A stretch of 64,000 nt of DNA, taken from contig JACPHY010000003.1 in NCBI GenBank assembly GCA_016188355.1, forward strand, positions 8,170 to 72,169. Reading direction: 5' to 3'. This DNA is from Candidatus Uhrbacteria bacterium. Its GTDB lineage: Bacteria > Patescibacteriota > Patescibacteriia > JACPHY01. The position numbers were made by a program, and so were the translations under genes. The notes under the pieces were generated by a model. The model did no database searches. It was not told the DNA's origin and saw nothing but the letters and a program-made list of their open reading frames with translations. Each line of letters begins with the position of its first letter. The first letter of the stretch is position 1. Positions 18,456-27,798 of the stretch are shown here, piece after piece.

Positions 18456-18993
18456 CTGGTCCCCGACTCCGGTCGGGGCCCCACCCGAGCGATGGAGGCC
18501 CAAGTGGCCTCCAGTGCTCAGGCGGGGATGGCCCAAGCACCCCGAACACGGCTACCGCCCACGCGAACCAGAGAGGAGGGTCCGTGCGACTGCGATACCC
18601 TTCTGGGTTTCTCTAACGAATCGGGGCTGAACCCATGCGGTTCAGTACCCAGTCACCCCACCCCCGCCAGAAGAGAGGAGGAGGGTCCGTGCGATCTCAG
18701 TACCCCAGCGGCGAAACGTAAGGCCGCTAAGGACAATCCTCGCTCAGGGAACAACGCTTGCCGCGATCACCAACGGCGAATCCCGACGCGGCCCGTTTCC
18801 TGAGCGCGATCTCCCGCCCCACGCCCCGCCCCATTTCCCCGACGTCATCCCACCGGCACCACGCCGCACACAGGATGATCCCGTCCCTTACGACACACAG
18901 ACGCGCTAGCGACAGCGCCCCCGACATCGGTCGGGGGTCCACCCGAGCGCCGGAGGCCCAAGTGGCATCCGGTGCTCAGGCGGATATTTCCTG

Positions 18994-19474
18994 GATGCAC
19001 CTTATTGAAGAAAGGAGGCCCGCAGTGCGCGCAAATGGATTTTGGCAACGTGGCGAATTCCGACTGGTTCGGCTTTCGCGATACGATAACTCCCGCGCCA
19101 TGCGGGAATGGTTCCCGCCCACGGCAGGACGCGGCATTTGGGCCTGGGCGGTGAAACTCTGTGATCTTCCGGAGTTCCACCACATCTATCGCGATCAATC
19201 GCGGCAGATTGTACACCCGAGGCGCGATGCCCGAGCGTGGGCGATCCGATGGACGGAGCTTGACGCCTACGTCTGTGGGCTCTCCGAGCACCATCCGGAG
19301 TGTGCGGAATTTGACCCCTCCCTTCACCACGTCCAAATCGTGGACCGCATGCAACCTTGTTGGTGCGGCTGCGATAGGACGGATGGTCCGTTCCGATACG
19401 TCACGAACTCCTGGGCAATCTACGTCGAAGGACCCATGCGCCGTCGACGCTGCCTCCCCACGCACCACCCCTAA
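18994..19474 (+). CDS. hypothetical Trp/Cys/His-rich protein
   Basis: C-terminal part of ORF 18758-19474, starting after a repeat element; start uncertain. Confidence 0.55.
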
Positions 19475-19630
19475 TTCACCCTGACTCCCACTTCGCGAAA
19501 TGCTTCGCGGGACAAGTGCGGTCGGGGGTCCACCCGAATTTCGGAGGCCGCGCTATGGTGTCGCAAGATGCCATACCTCCGGAATTCAGGCGGATCGTAT
19601 ACGGAACGCACTTTCAAGGAGGAGGACATC

Positions 19631-19783
19631 GTGACGAAAATTGACGTGCAACGAAGGCAGTTCGCAATCCCTTGGCCCAGAAGCACGCTCGGGATCATGG
19701 GCGTTCTGGGCGCACTCGCGCCGTATGTGGCCGCTGCATGCCTCGTCGCATACATCATGTACCGATCCTGCTTAGGTTCGTAG
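19631..19783 (+). CDS. small membrane protein
   Basis: AAGGAGGAGG RBS before GTG; hydrophobic C-terminus. Confidence 0.5.
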   Translation: MTKIDVQRRQFAIPWPRSTLGIMGVLGALAPYVAAACLVAYIMYRSCLGS

Positions 19784-19799
19784 CAAAAAGGAGCACCTG

Positions 19800-20249
19800 A
19801 TGCGCATCGCACACTTCCTGTTGAACCTCGACATCCCGGACCATCAGCCGACGGCAATCCCAGCATTCCGGATGGACGGCGCGAAGATGCACGCGAACTC
19901 GAGTCCGTACATCGTGTGGCTGCCGGGGAGCGTCGATCAGACGCTGCTCGCGAGCCTCACGATCATCGGAACGCGCCGAGCCGGCGAGCGTGTGCACGTC
20001 GTCCACGCGTCCGGATCTCCGGAGCTCATCGGATCGGGACCTGGGGGGAGCATGGCAACGCAGTTGACCTGCCAACCGGGGAGCGCGTTCTCGATCGTCC
20101 GTGACTACCTCGGCGAGCGACGATGCCAGACTCTGCGCTGGAACAACGACCGCTTCACCAAGGAGCAGGCGCCGCGCGAGCTCATCGACCGCGTGCTCGG
20201 CCCGCCGCCGATGCCCACCAACCCCGCGAGCGCGGAGGCGCGGTCGTGA
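19800..20249 (+). CDS. hypothetical protein, possible distant paralog of 23761-24177
   Basis: AAGGAG RBS, GC3 bias. Confidence 0.7.
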   Translation: MRIAHFLLNLDIPDHQPTAIPAFRMDGAKMHANSSPYIVWLPGSVDQTLLASLTIIGTRRAGERVHVVHASGSPELIGSGPGGSMATQLTCQPGSAFSIVRDYLGERRCQTLRWNNDRFTKEQAPRELIDRVLGPPPMPTNPASAEARS

Positions 20250-20464
20250 AACGCATCATCGGCATCGTCCTCCTGCTCGCGCTCGTCGCGTGTGAGGAGG
20301 GTGGCTGTTTCGATCCGGAGGCGATGAGCGGTAACGACCTCGGGCGCATGAAGCTCGCCGAACGCGCGCAGTAGAGCACCCGAGACATCCAGCGGATCGA
20401 TGCGGAGCTCAATGATCTCCGCAGGCGCATAACCGAGTTCGAAGAGCGCTGCCCCGCGCGCTGA
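20246..20464 (+). pseudogene. small lipoprotein-like gene interrupted by an in-frame TAG
   Basis: VKRIIGIVLLLALVAC signal/lipobox; TAG at 20372-20374; the frame continues STRDIQRIDAELNDLRRRITEFEERCPAR*. Confidence 0.5.
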
Positions 20465-20710
20465 TACGATACCTGAGCCTGTCGGTCCGCACCTCGTGCG
20501 GCCGACGGGTCTCCCTTCGTGGAGTCGATCGCAAGATCGAAGATACGAGAAGGAGCGGCGAGATACATGCCACTCCTCCGCCCACCCGGATTTCCGAGGA
20601 CGCGCCTTCATTCCTCACGGAGTGATTGCCTCGGAATTCCAGGCGGGCGTGAACGGATTGTGTGCGGTGGAGCACCGATCGCGAGTCACTCCCGGTTTGC
20701 GGAGGGGAAG

Positions 20711-20977
20711 ATGGTCAACGTCCATGTTCGTTCACTCGAAATCCTGCCGACGGAGGAAGAGCACGCCGCCATGCAGGCCTTTCGAGAAATCTGCGGGGGT
20801 CCGGACACGCCGGAAACCCTGCTGTTGCTCGCGGAAAGCGCGCAACTCTTGCAGAAACCGTTCTATCGGGTCACGCAGAACGCCGAGGGACTGCGCGCGG
20901 CTGCGGCGCGCAGCATACTCGAGCGCATGGCACACAACCGCGGCGTCGGCCTGGGTGCCCTGATCCAGTCGGCGTAG
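20711..20977 (+). CDS. hypothetical protein
   Basis: GGAGGGG RBS before ATG 20711. Confidence 0.65.
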   Translation: MVNVHVRSLEILPTEEEHAAMQAFREICGGPDTPETLLLLAESAQLLQKPFYRVTQNAEGLRAAAARSILERMAHNRGVGLGALIQSA

Positions 20978-21132
20978 CCGAATGCCCTGATCCCGACCCC
21001 GTAAGGTCGGGATCCCACCAGAGCAGCAGAGACATCCCATTTCTGCCGTTCCGGTGGAAGGACCACATCTGTGGTCGCATCCCATCGCGCATTCGTTTCA
21101 TCGATCACAACAACAGTAGGAGGAGGACGTCG

Positions 21133-21708
21133 ATGCACACTGCGCAGCGACAGTACACATCGGATCTCGATCCGGAGGTGCTCGACCAGATCGCCAGTGC
21201 ACTCGAGCCAGCAGGAGATCCAATTCCGAAACTCCAGGACGACGGCTACGGCGATCCGTACTGCGACAGCGAGCCCGAGAAGGAACTACGACGCCATCAA
21301 CAGGAGTGGGAAGACTTCTATGGTCGCTTCGGGTGGGACGGAAATCGCCCGCTCATCAATGTCGCGCACAATGTCGTGTACGATCACGGGCCGTGGGAGA
21401 TCGATTTGCGCATGCGCTTCGCGCTTGACGCATACCAGACCATCGGACGTCGACTCGCGGAATTCGAGACAGCACCACCACGCGCAAGCACAGCGCGATC
21501 AGTGATCGTGGAGACTGGCCGTACGCCACGCGGCCTCCACGAATGCCGCAAGGGCGCGCACAAACGATGGCGCCGCGCACGAAGCGAGGGTGGCCGCCGC
21601 CTGCCCCGTGCGCCGCTCCAGCTGCGACGCCGCGGTGGCACGCAGGATGACATCTTCGGTATGTGGTGGGATCAAGAGAGCGGTTGGCAGCCGATCTTTA
21701 AGAAGTAG
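21133..21708 (+). CDS. hypothetical protein with acidic N-terminus and basic C-terminus
   Basis: AGGAGGAGG RBS before ATG 21133. Confidence 0.7.
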   Translation: MHTAQRQYTSDLDPEVLDQIASALEPAGDPIPKLQDDGYGDPYCDSEPEKELRRHQQEWEDFYGRFGWDGNRPLINVAHNVVYDHGPWEIDLRMRFALDAYQTIGRRLAEFETAPPRASTARSVIVETGRTPRGLHECRKGAHKRWRRARSEGGRRLPRAPLQLRRRGGTQDDIFGMWWDQESGWQPIFKK

Positions 21709-21816
21709 CTCAGTGTAACGATATCTTCGGGGGAGCACGTGCACGATCTTCGCGCGTGCTCCGTCCACCCGGATTCCGAACTCTTCCCCCGTTCGGCATC
21801 CAGGTGGAGGTGATCC

Positions 21817-22236
21817 ATGAAGCTCCTTGCTCTGGTTCTCGGTACACTCGCCGCGTTTGCGGCGTGGTGGCTGCTCATGAGCCGCGATGACGTCATCGTG
21901 GCGTCGTACGCGGCACTCGTGTCCACGGCGAGTGCAACAATGGCATTCGCGCTCATCACGCGTTCGCACGTGCCGAAAATCCGCATTCCCATTGAAATCA
22001 CGGCCATCATGGGACTCGCGATCGGTCTCATCACCGAAGGTGCTGCGTTCGCCATCACGGGATACTCGGACTTCAGTGTACTCGCCATCATCGTCGGCGC
22101 GATCGCGTGCGGCGTGATCCTCGATCAACTCCTCACCATTGCCCATCGCGCCGGATACGAATCCGCAGAGCCGGGCCGCCACGAGTCCGAGCGGAAGACA
22201 ATCGAAGAGCAGCTGCCCGAATGGCCGCCGGAATAG
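21817..22236 (+). CDS. membrane protein (about 4 TM)
   Basis: GGAGGTG RBS; hydrophobic segments. Confidence 0.75.
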   Translation: MKLLALVLGTLAAFAAWWLLMSRDDVIVASYAALVSTASATMAFALITRSHVPKIRIPIEITAIMGLAIGLITEGAAFAITGYSDFSVLAIIVGAIACGVILDQLLTIAHRAGYESAEPGRHESERKTIEEQLPEWPPE

Positions 22237-22359
22237 ACGGAAATCGTCGGTAGCGATCCCTGCATCTGGAATCCCCGGACCCGACGGCACCCGCTGTCGG
22301 ATCCTCCCTCGGGCGATGGAGTCTTCGGATTCCATCTTCCGAGAAGAGGAGTACCTTCC

Positions 22360-23277
22360 ATGCGCATCATGCTGATTGCGACGCTCAGCGGTTGCATTGC
22401 CTGTGCAACCACACGAGGGACTTCCGAACGCGAACTCCAGGCGGTTCGCAATGCGACAAACGGAGACACCTATCGCGGCACGATTCCCGCGCTGCACGCG
22501 CTCTTCGACGCACTCGAAAAGGACGATGCCCCACAGATCCTCCAGGCGCTCACCGCGATGCGTTTCGGGGCGGCCACAGCGGCGGCAGTGCAGTGTCCTC
22601 CCACGGAGCTGAAGGAGAGCATCCGTATCTCCGCGATACCGGGTCCCCGCGCGATGATCGTGCGCGCATCGGTTATCTGCGTCATCGGCCCATACACGAA
22701 CGCAACGCTCCATTACGGGGAAGAGAGCCGTGCCTTCGATTCGGTGCAATTCCCAGAAGATCCCGATGCGACGCTTTCGCCTTCCCAGCTCCGCACGCAG
22801 TACGAAGATCTCCTGATTGCGGATGCTGCCGCGTGGGGGAATTCCGGACTCCGTATCCCTACGGAGTTCGCTACCAACATCGTATTGCTCCTCGCGAACT
22901 ACCAGGAAGCACTTGAGGGGAAACGCACGATCATGGTCGAACCCAGCACATCTGGGTTCGACATCCGTACAGAACACCACTTCCGTTTCCGTCTCACCCG
23001 CGCGAAAGTCATCCCAACCCTGGAAGCGCTCGGGAAGCTGGCGGATGACTACCACGATGCGAATGGCGTCGCGACTCCATGGGAGGTCATGCGACTCACG
23101 GAGGATGCGCCATACCTCCTCGCGGTCGCATTCGATCTCTTCCCTGACTCCCGCGCGCTGCCGCAGCTCGCACAGGATGGAGTCGATTTCGGACGCGCCG
23201 CACTCGTACGGACTGGTCTTGGCAATCTCAAAAACAGCGTCACCAGTGACGCAATACAGATCCCCTCCTTCGAATAG
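22360..23277 (+). CDS. putative exported protein or lipoprotein
   Basis: GAGGAG RBS; MRIMLIATLSGC/IAC signal-like N-terminus. Confidence 0.7.
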   Translation: MRIMLIATLSGCIACATTRGTSERELQAVRNATNGDTYRGTIPALHALFDALEKDDAPQILQALTAMRFGAATAAAVQCPPTELKESIRISAIPGPRAMIVRASVICVIGPYTNATLHYGEESRAFDSVQFPEDPDATLSPSQLRTQYEDLLIADAAAWGNSGLRIPTEFATNIVLLLANYQEALEGKRTIMVEPSTSGFDIRTEHHFRFRLTRAKVIPTLEALGKLADDYHDANGVATPWEVMRLTEDAPYLLAVAFDLFPDSRALPQLAQDGVDFGRAALVRTGLGNLKNSVTSDAIQIPSFE

Positions 23278-23470
23278 TTCTCACCACAGAGGACGCGTAT
23301 AGCCACCCCCTTCCGCGGGGCAGGAAGCGCGTCCTCCGTCCACCTGGATTTCCGGGACCGCGCCTTCACCTCGCAAGAGATGATTGCCCGGAAGTCCGGG
23401 TGGACGCGCTCCGTCCGTTGCAGCGCATCCCGCACATTTCCATCACAATACGCCACAAGGAGGGCGGATA

Positions 23471-23740
23471 ATGCCCATTTCCATCACGACGCGAGAAGCC
23501 ATCTGCATCATCGATAGCACGAAGCGAAGAGAGGATCCGTGCGCTCACGTGGAGCTCGCCCCTGGCCGCTACGAACTCGAGGAAATACAGAATCCATACG
23601 GCTTCGATGCTCCATGGTTCGTGCTCAAGGGCACGAAACGAGGGATGGCACGAAAAGCGTGGATGGACGAAGGAGCATTCGAGGGTCTCACCGAGGCGGA
23701 GATCGATGCCATCCGCAATCGACCCGAGCGCTCGGCCTGA
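23471..23740 (+). CDS. hypothetical protein
   Basis: AAGGAGG RBS before ATG 23471. Confidence 0.7.
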   Translation: MPISITTREAICIIDSTKRREDPCAHVELAPGRYELEEIQNPYGFDAPWFVLKGTKRGMARKAWMDEGAFEGLTEAEIDAIRNRPERSA

Positions 23741-23760
23741 AGAAAGAGGGAGAACACCCC

Positions 23761-24177
23761 ATGCAAATTTCCTGCTTCATGATCGACTTCAAGGATCCGA
23801 CCAAGATCATCCGACTTCCGTTCGGTAGTGTGGGGGAGCGATGGGCCACCTTCCATGATGATGGGCCTGGTGCCGCGCAACTCTCACACATCCCCGATCC
23901 CGCTCCTGCCCACGCGTTCATCGTGGCGCACTTCTCGCTCATCAACAGCGGGGAGACGGTGACCATCGATCTCATGGGTCCTGGTCACCATCTCTACGGA
24001 TCTGCGCTCGACCATGCGGCTGCGGCAAAGCCATTCACGCTCCTCCTCAACGCACGAACGCACGCCGAATTCACCTTCCGCGTGCAAAACAAGCACTGCA
24101 CCTGGATCCTCCGCTGGGACGGCTGCGAGCTGAGCAGCGTGCCGAAGCATGGCAACGATTTCCATATGCCCCACTGA
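23761..24177 (+). CDS. hypothetical protein
   Basis: GAGGGAG RBS before ATG 23761. Confidence 0.7.
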   Translation: MQISCFMIDFKDPTKIIRLPFGSVGERWATFHDDGPGAAQLSHIPDPAPAHAFIVAHFSLINSGETVTIDLMGPGHHLYGSALDHAAAAKPFTLLLNARTHAEFTFRVQNKHCTWILRWDGCELSSVPKHGNDFHMPH

Positions 24178-24201
24178 GCATCGGCTGGAGCGGAGAGACA
24201 C

Positions 24202-24483
24202 GTGAACGTCTTCGGATGGCTCATGTCCCTCTACCTGGCCGCAGCGTTGACACGGAGCACCTACCTCTCGATCGTTGCCGCACACCATGTGTACGACGCA
24301 CGCGCGGAAGCAGCAACGGTCCCGATGGCGGTGCGCGAAATCGCGAATGCGGCCGTCCGCAGCGCCGAGAAACAAGCATATGTCGCGGGATGCGACTTGC
24401 TCATGTGGTGCTTCTGCGGCGCATTCCTTATTCTGGTCATCCTACCGACGATCCCCGAACACCGAAAGGAGTCCCATCCATGA
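24202..24483 (+). CDS. small membrane protein
   Basis: GGAG RBS, two hydrophobic segments, ATGA coupling to the next gene. Confidence 0.6.
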   Translation: MNVFGWLMSLYLAAALTRSTYLSIVAAHHVYDARAEAATVPMAVREIANAAVRSAEKQAYVAGCDLLMWCFCGAFLILVILPTIPEHRKESHP

Positions 24484-24836
24484 GACCGTTCATCTTCGCC
24501 TGGACCTTCGGCCGCGAGCAGGCGAGGGATCCGGATGCGGCGACGCTCGCGCTCGCATGGGCAGCCATGGAATGCGGAGCGACCCGAGAGGCGGCCGCAC
24601 TCGAATTCATCCACCTCGGATGGAGCATCGCGGCCGCGACGCGCATCGCGAAGGCGGCAGAGGCAGAGCTCCGGCGAGAGCGCATCTCGTACGTCGTCGG
24701 ACTTATCCGCGAGGCACTCGCGGATAAGTCCGACGACCACGCCATCCGCGCGCTCCTCACCACCGAGCGGTGGATGCGGCCGCAGGAGCTCGATGCACTC
24801 ATCGCCGACCTCCGTGCGGCAGCACTCGTTGCATGA
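24480..24836 (+). CDS. hypothetical helical protein
   Basis: AAGGAG RBS; start MRPFIFAWTF. Confidence 0.65.
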   Translation: MRPFIFAWTFGREQARDPDAATLALAWAAMECGATREAAALEFIHLGWSIAAATRIAKAAEAELRRERISYVVGLIREALADKSDDHAIRALLTTERWMRPQELDALIADLRAAALVA

Positions 24837-24848
24837 TCATAGATATTC

Positions 24849-24889
24849 CCGGCCCGGAGCTGCCCTCGCAGCTTCGGGTCTTTCGTTTT
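24849..24889 (+). terminator. terminator, duplicated at 26295-26330
   Basis: CCGGCCCGGAGCTGC-CCTC-GCAGCTTCGGGTCTTTC; 33 of 36 nt identical to the second copy. Confidence 0.65.
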
Positions 24890-25327
24890 CATGTGCGCAG
24901 GCGGAATCTGCTCACCCGAACGAACGGAAGAACGCACACCACACGCGGTTACACGGATATTTCGGATGCATTCCTGCCCGATGCTCCACAGGCACTTCAT
25001 CTCTTTAGAACTCTCACCCGAAACATTTCATCGTGTAACGTAGTATCTACTATTGTGACGGTATATATGGAAGGTCCAATAGGCACGGGTGGACGATGGC
25101 GGCTGCGCTGAACGGATAGTGGGAACGTCGTTTGCCGGAGCCAGAACGAAGTAATGCCTCCCTCAAAGAAGCCATCGTCCACCCATGTCTGCACCCCATC
25201 GCGCTGAGCGCGACGGGGTGCAATGTTGCGCCAAAACAACACGGAGGATGTTTGCGATCGCATTGACACGCTCGCATGCTGGTGATAGGACAAAGGTGTA
25301 GCTCGTTCCTTTTCCTGGAGGTGCATC

Positions 25328-26275
25328 GTGGAAGTCGAAGTACGCATGGATCCGCAGCGGCCGCCAATGTCGCTCGAGGAATTCCGCCGAATCGCACCGC
25401 CGCACGCGGTCGGCATCGATGGGTGCGTAGACGCTGGCCCGTGGCGGGATTTCGGATCTACCGGACCGCGCTACGTGTGGAATCATCATTCGCACGTCGA
25501 TCGCCTCGCCACGCGCGCCACCTGCATGCAGGCGCTCCTCGAACTGCGCTGTGGCGATCTCGACGAGATCCTGCGCGGATCCACCGGCCGACCATTCGCG
25601 ATCGTCTTCGCCGATGACTGCGACGCCGATGCGTCGAGTACCATCGTCATCCTGCGGCGATCGGAACTGTTCGCCCATCCCGTGAACCCGCTCGCCAATC
25701 GCTTCGTCGGAGCGGAAGATCTCATGGATACCTTCGCAGGCGCATACCCGTACCCGTGCGACCTCGAACTACTCGAGGAACTCGCATGGATTTTTCAGCC
25801 CTACGACGATTTCCGGCAGGAGGGCGGACTCGAACGGAAGATCGCGGCGGAGTACCTCCGCGTCGTTGATCTGATCGAGGCGAACATCGTACAGTACCTC
25901 GTCGGACGCGGGAAACGTCGAAAACTCGACCTCCGGTACGACGTACTTCAGACCGGCAACGGATGGACGATGGTGCGCGAACACGGCGCGCAGGCGCGGA
26001 CGAAAATGCGCGACGACGGTATCCGGGTGTTCGTTTCGGTGCATGAACGCACCTCCGGCACACGCGACGTTCGCATTGGGAAAATGCACCTCCATGCGCG
26101 CGGCGATCTCATCGCGATTTGCAACGATCTCAATGCACGCGAAGGGGTCGCGGCCGATCGCTGGGGCGGCGGAACGAACATCATCGGCAGCCCGAAGGTC
26201 GCCGGCACTAAACTCGACGATCGCACGATCATGGAGGTGCTCAACCACCATCTCGGCTTGCCGCTCGCCGCATGA
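25328..26275 (+). CDS. putative DHH-superfamily-like phosphoesterase
   Basis: VGIDG, WNHH, DDCDADA and a C-terminal WGGG reminiscent of DHH/DHHA1; TTGACA at 25263; GGAGG RBS. Confidence 0.55.
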   Translation: MEVEVRMDPQRPPMSLEEFRRIAPPHAVGIDGCVDAGPWRDFGSTGPRYVWNHHSHVDRLATRATCMQALLELRCGDLDEILRGSTGRPFAIVFADDCDADASSTIVILRRSELFAHPVNPLANRFVGAEDLMDTFAGAYPYPCDLELLEELAWIFQPYDDFRQEGGLERKIAAEYLRVVDLIEANIVQYLVGRGKRRKLDLRYDVLQTGNGWTMVREHGAQARTKMRDDGIRVFVSVHERTSGTRDVRIGKMHLHARGDLIAICNDLNAREGVAADRWGGGTNIIGSPKVAGTKLDDRTIMEVLNHHLGLPLAA

Positions 26276-26435
26276 GGTAAACGGCATACGCACTCCGGCC
26301 CGAAGCTGCCCCCGCAGCTTCGGGCCTTTCTGTGGCAACCTCGCCCCACGTCCAATCCACCACCGCGCCCCCACTTGCATCCATGGGGGCAGATACGCGC
26401 ATACTGGAAACAGGATTCTTAATTGATGGTGTGGT

Positions 26436-26597
26436 ATGGAGTACGCATGCGCCACCTGTGGGTCGACCGCGTCGGAAGCGCCGGAAACCTGCTGTGAAAC
26501 GGAACGCGAAGAAGCGTGCGACCGGTGTAAGGAAGCGATGTCGAACTGCACGTGCGAAAGTGCCGAGCTAGAGGGCACGGAAGCGGAGGAGGAATAG
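26436..26597 (+). CDS. 53-aa Cys-rich acidic metal-binding microprotein
   Basis: Manual translation MEYACATCGSTASEAPETCCETEREEACDRCKEAMSNCTCESAELEGTEAEEE*. Confidence 0.7.
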   Translation: MEYACATCGSTASEAPETCCETEREEACDRCKEAMSNCTCESAELEGTEAEEE

Positions 26598-26677
26598 TAA
26601 TCATACCGACGAGCAGCAAACGGAAGCTTCCCAAGGAGCTTCCGTTTGTTATACTTCAGCATTATCCGAATTCGATT

Positions 26678-27127
26678 ATGATTGTCGTTCTTGGCGCAGA
26701 TCACCGAGGGTTTGCCATGAAGGAGATCCTGACGGAATGGTTGCGGGTAAAGGGGTACACCGTGGAAGATGCCGGCGCCGCCACCCTCGATGCGGACGAT
26801 GATTATCCGGACTTCGGCGCAGCGGTAGGACGTGCAGTCGCATCGCGTGCCGATACGTTCGGTATTATCCTCTGTGGCAGCGGAGCTGGCATCGCGGTTG
26901 CGGCGAATAAGATTGCCGGTGCACGCGCGGTTGCTGCCACTGAACCCGCTATTGTCCGCGCCGCGCGCCGGGACGATGATGTGAACATCCTCGCCATTGC
27001 GGCGGACTACACCACCGAGGACATGACGAAGATCCTCACCGCCATTTTTCTCGAAACGCCATTCAGCGCCGAGGAACGTTTCCAACGGCGGCTGCAAAAA
27101 ATTCAGCAGCTGGAACATGCGCACTAG
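26678..27127 (+). CDS. rpiB: ribose-5-phosphate isomerase B
   Basis: GADHRG, DDYPDF, CGSGAG...ANK, R..RR..KI. Confidence 0.93.
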   Translation: MIVVLGADHRGFAMKEILTEWLRVKGYTVEDAGAATLDADDDYPDFGAAVGRAVASRADTFGIILCGSGAGIAVAANKIAGARAVAATEPAIVRAARRDDDVNILAIAADYTTEDMTKILTAIFLETPFSAEERFQRRLQKIQQLEHAH

Positions 27128-27794
27128 CATCATCCCTGCCATTCTCGCCACCACCGCGCGCGATTTCCACCAGCGATTCCAGATCATCGCCAGCATTGCG
27201 CCGATGCTCCATCTCGATATCATGGATGGCAACTTCGTCCCCAACCGCACATGGGCCACACCACGACGCATCGCCGCGCTCCCGCAATCCACACGATTCG
27301 AAGTGCATCTCATGGTTCGTGAGCCCGCCGCCGCGGTTGCCACATGGGGACGCATCGCCTCCGTGGAGCGCATCATCGTGCACGCCGAAGCAACGGAGGA
27401 CCTCGCCTCGCTCCTCGCCACGGTTCGCGCGACTGGAAAAAAAGTGGGCCTCGCGGTGAATCCGAGTACCCCGCTGCGCCGTCTACTCCCCTTCCTTCCC
27501 TCCTCTCCGCCCCAATCCCACACCCAGCGCCCGCCCGCATACACGGTGGACGATCTCCTCCTGATGGCGAATGCGCCGGGATTTGCCGGACGCCCCTTCC
27601 AGCGGCCCACGCTCCGTCGCGTCGCGTCGATCCACCGTCGATATCCGAAATTGCCGATCGGCGTCGATATTGGTGTGGACCACATCACCATCCCACTCCT
27701 CCGTGCAGCGGGAGCATCCCGCCTGATTGCCGGGAGCGCCATCTTCGGGCAGTCCGATCCCGTTGCCGCCTACCATCAGTTACGTCATCTCTAG
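27117..27794 (+). CDS. rpe: ribulose-phosphate 3-epimerase
   Basis: HLDIMDGNFVPN, EVHLMV, PGFAG, VDIGV, GSAIF. Confidence 0.92.
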   Translation: MRTSIIPAILATTARDFHQRFQIIASIAPMLHLDIMDGNFVPNRTWATPRRIAALPQSTRFEVHLMVREPAAAVATWGRIASVERIIVHAEATEDLASLLATVRATGKKVGLAVNPSTPLRRLLPFLPSSPPQSHTQRPPAYTVDDLLLMANAPGFAGRPFQRPTLRRVASIHRRYPKLPIGVDIGVDHITIPLLRAAGASRLIAGSAIFGQSDPVAAYHQLRHL

Positions 27795-27798
27795 TCGT

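Larger units (their letters stand above)
17438..23406. repeat. dispersed family of about 9 structured intergenic elements (CCACCCG...CAGGYGG stem, often preceded by a CCCGAC...GTCGGG hairpin)
   Basis: Copies at 17438-17482, 18027-18119, 18461-18527, 18918-18984, 19479-19594, 20579-20649, 20989-21057, 21764-21808 and 23337-23406; three are near-identical (CCACCCGAGCG..GGAGGCCCAAGTGGC.TCC.GTGCTCAGGCGG). Confidence 0.8.

Noticed and set aside
25100-25130. c-di-AMP (ydaO) riboswitch suggested by GCTGAAC...GGGAAC
   Set aside because: The downstream conserved elements of that family were not found, so it is kept only as an unclassified structured RNA candidate.
17189-26330. Prophage or canonical integron
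   Set aside because: No terminase, capsid, integrase or replication gene is recognisable, and the repeated elements lack attC core sites.
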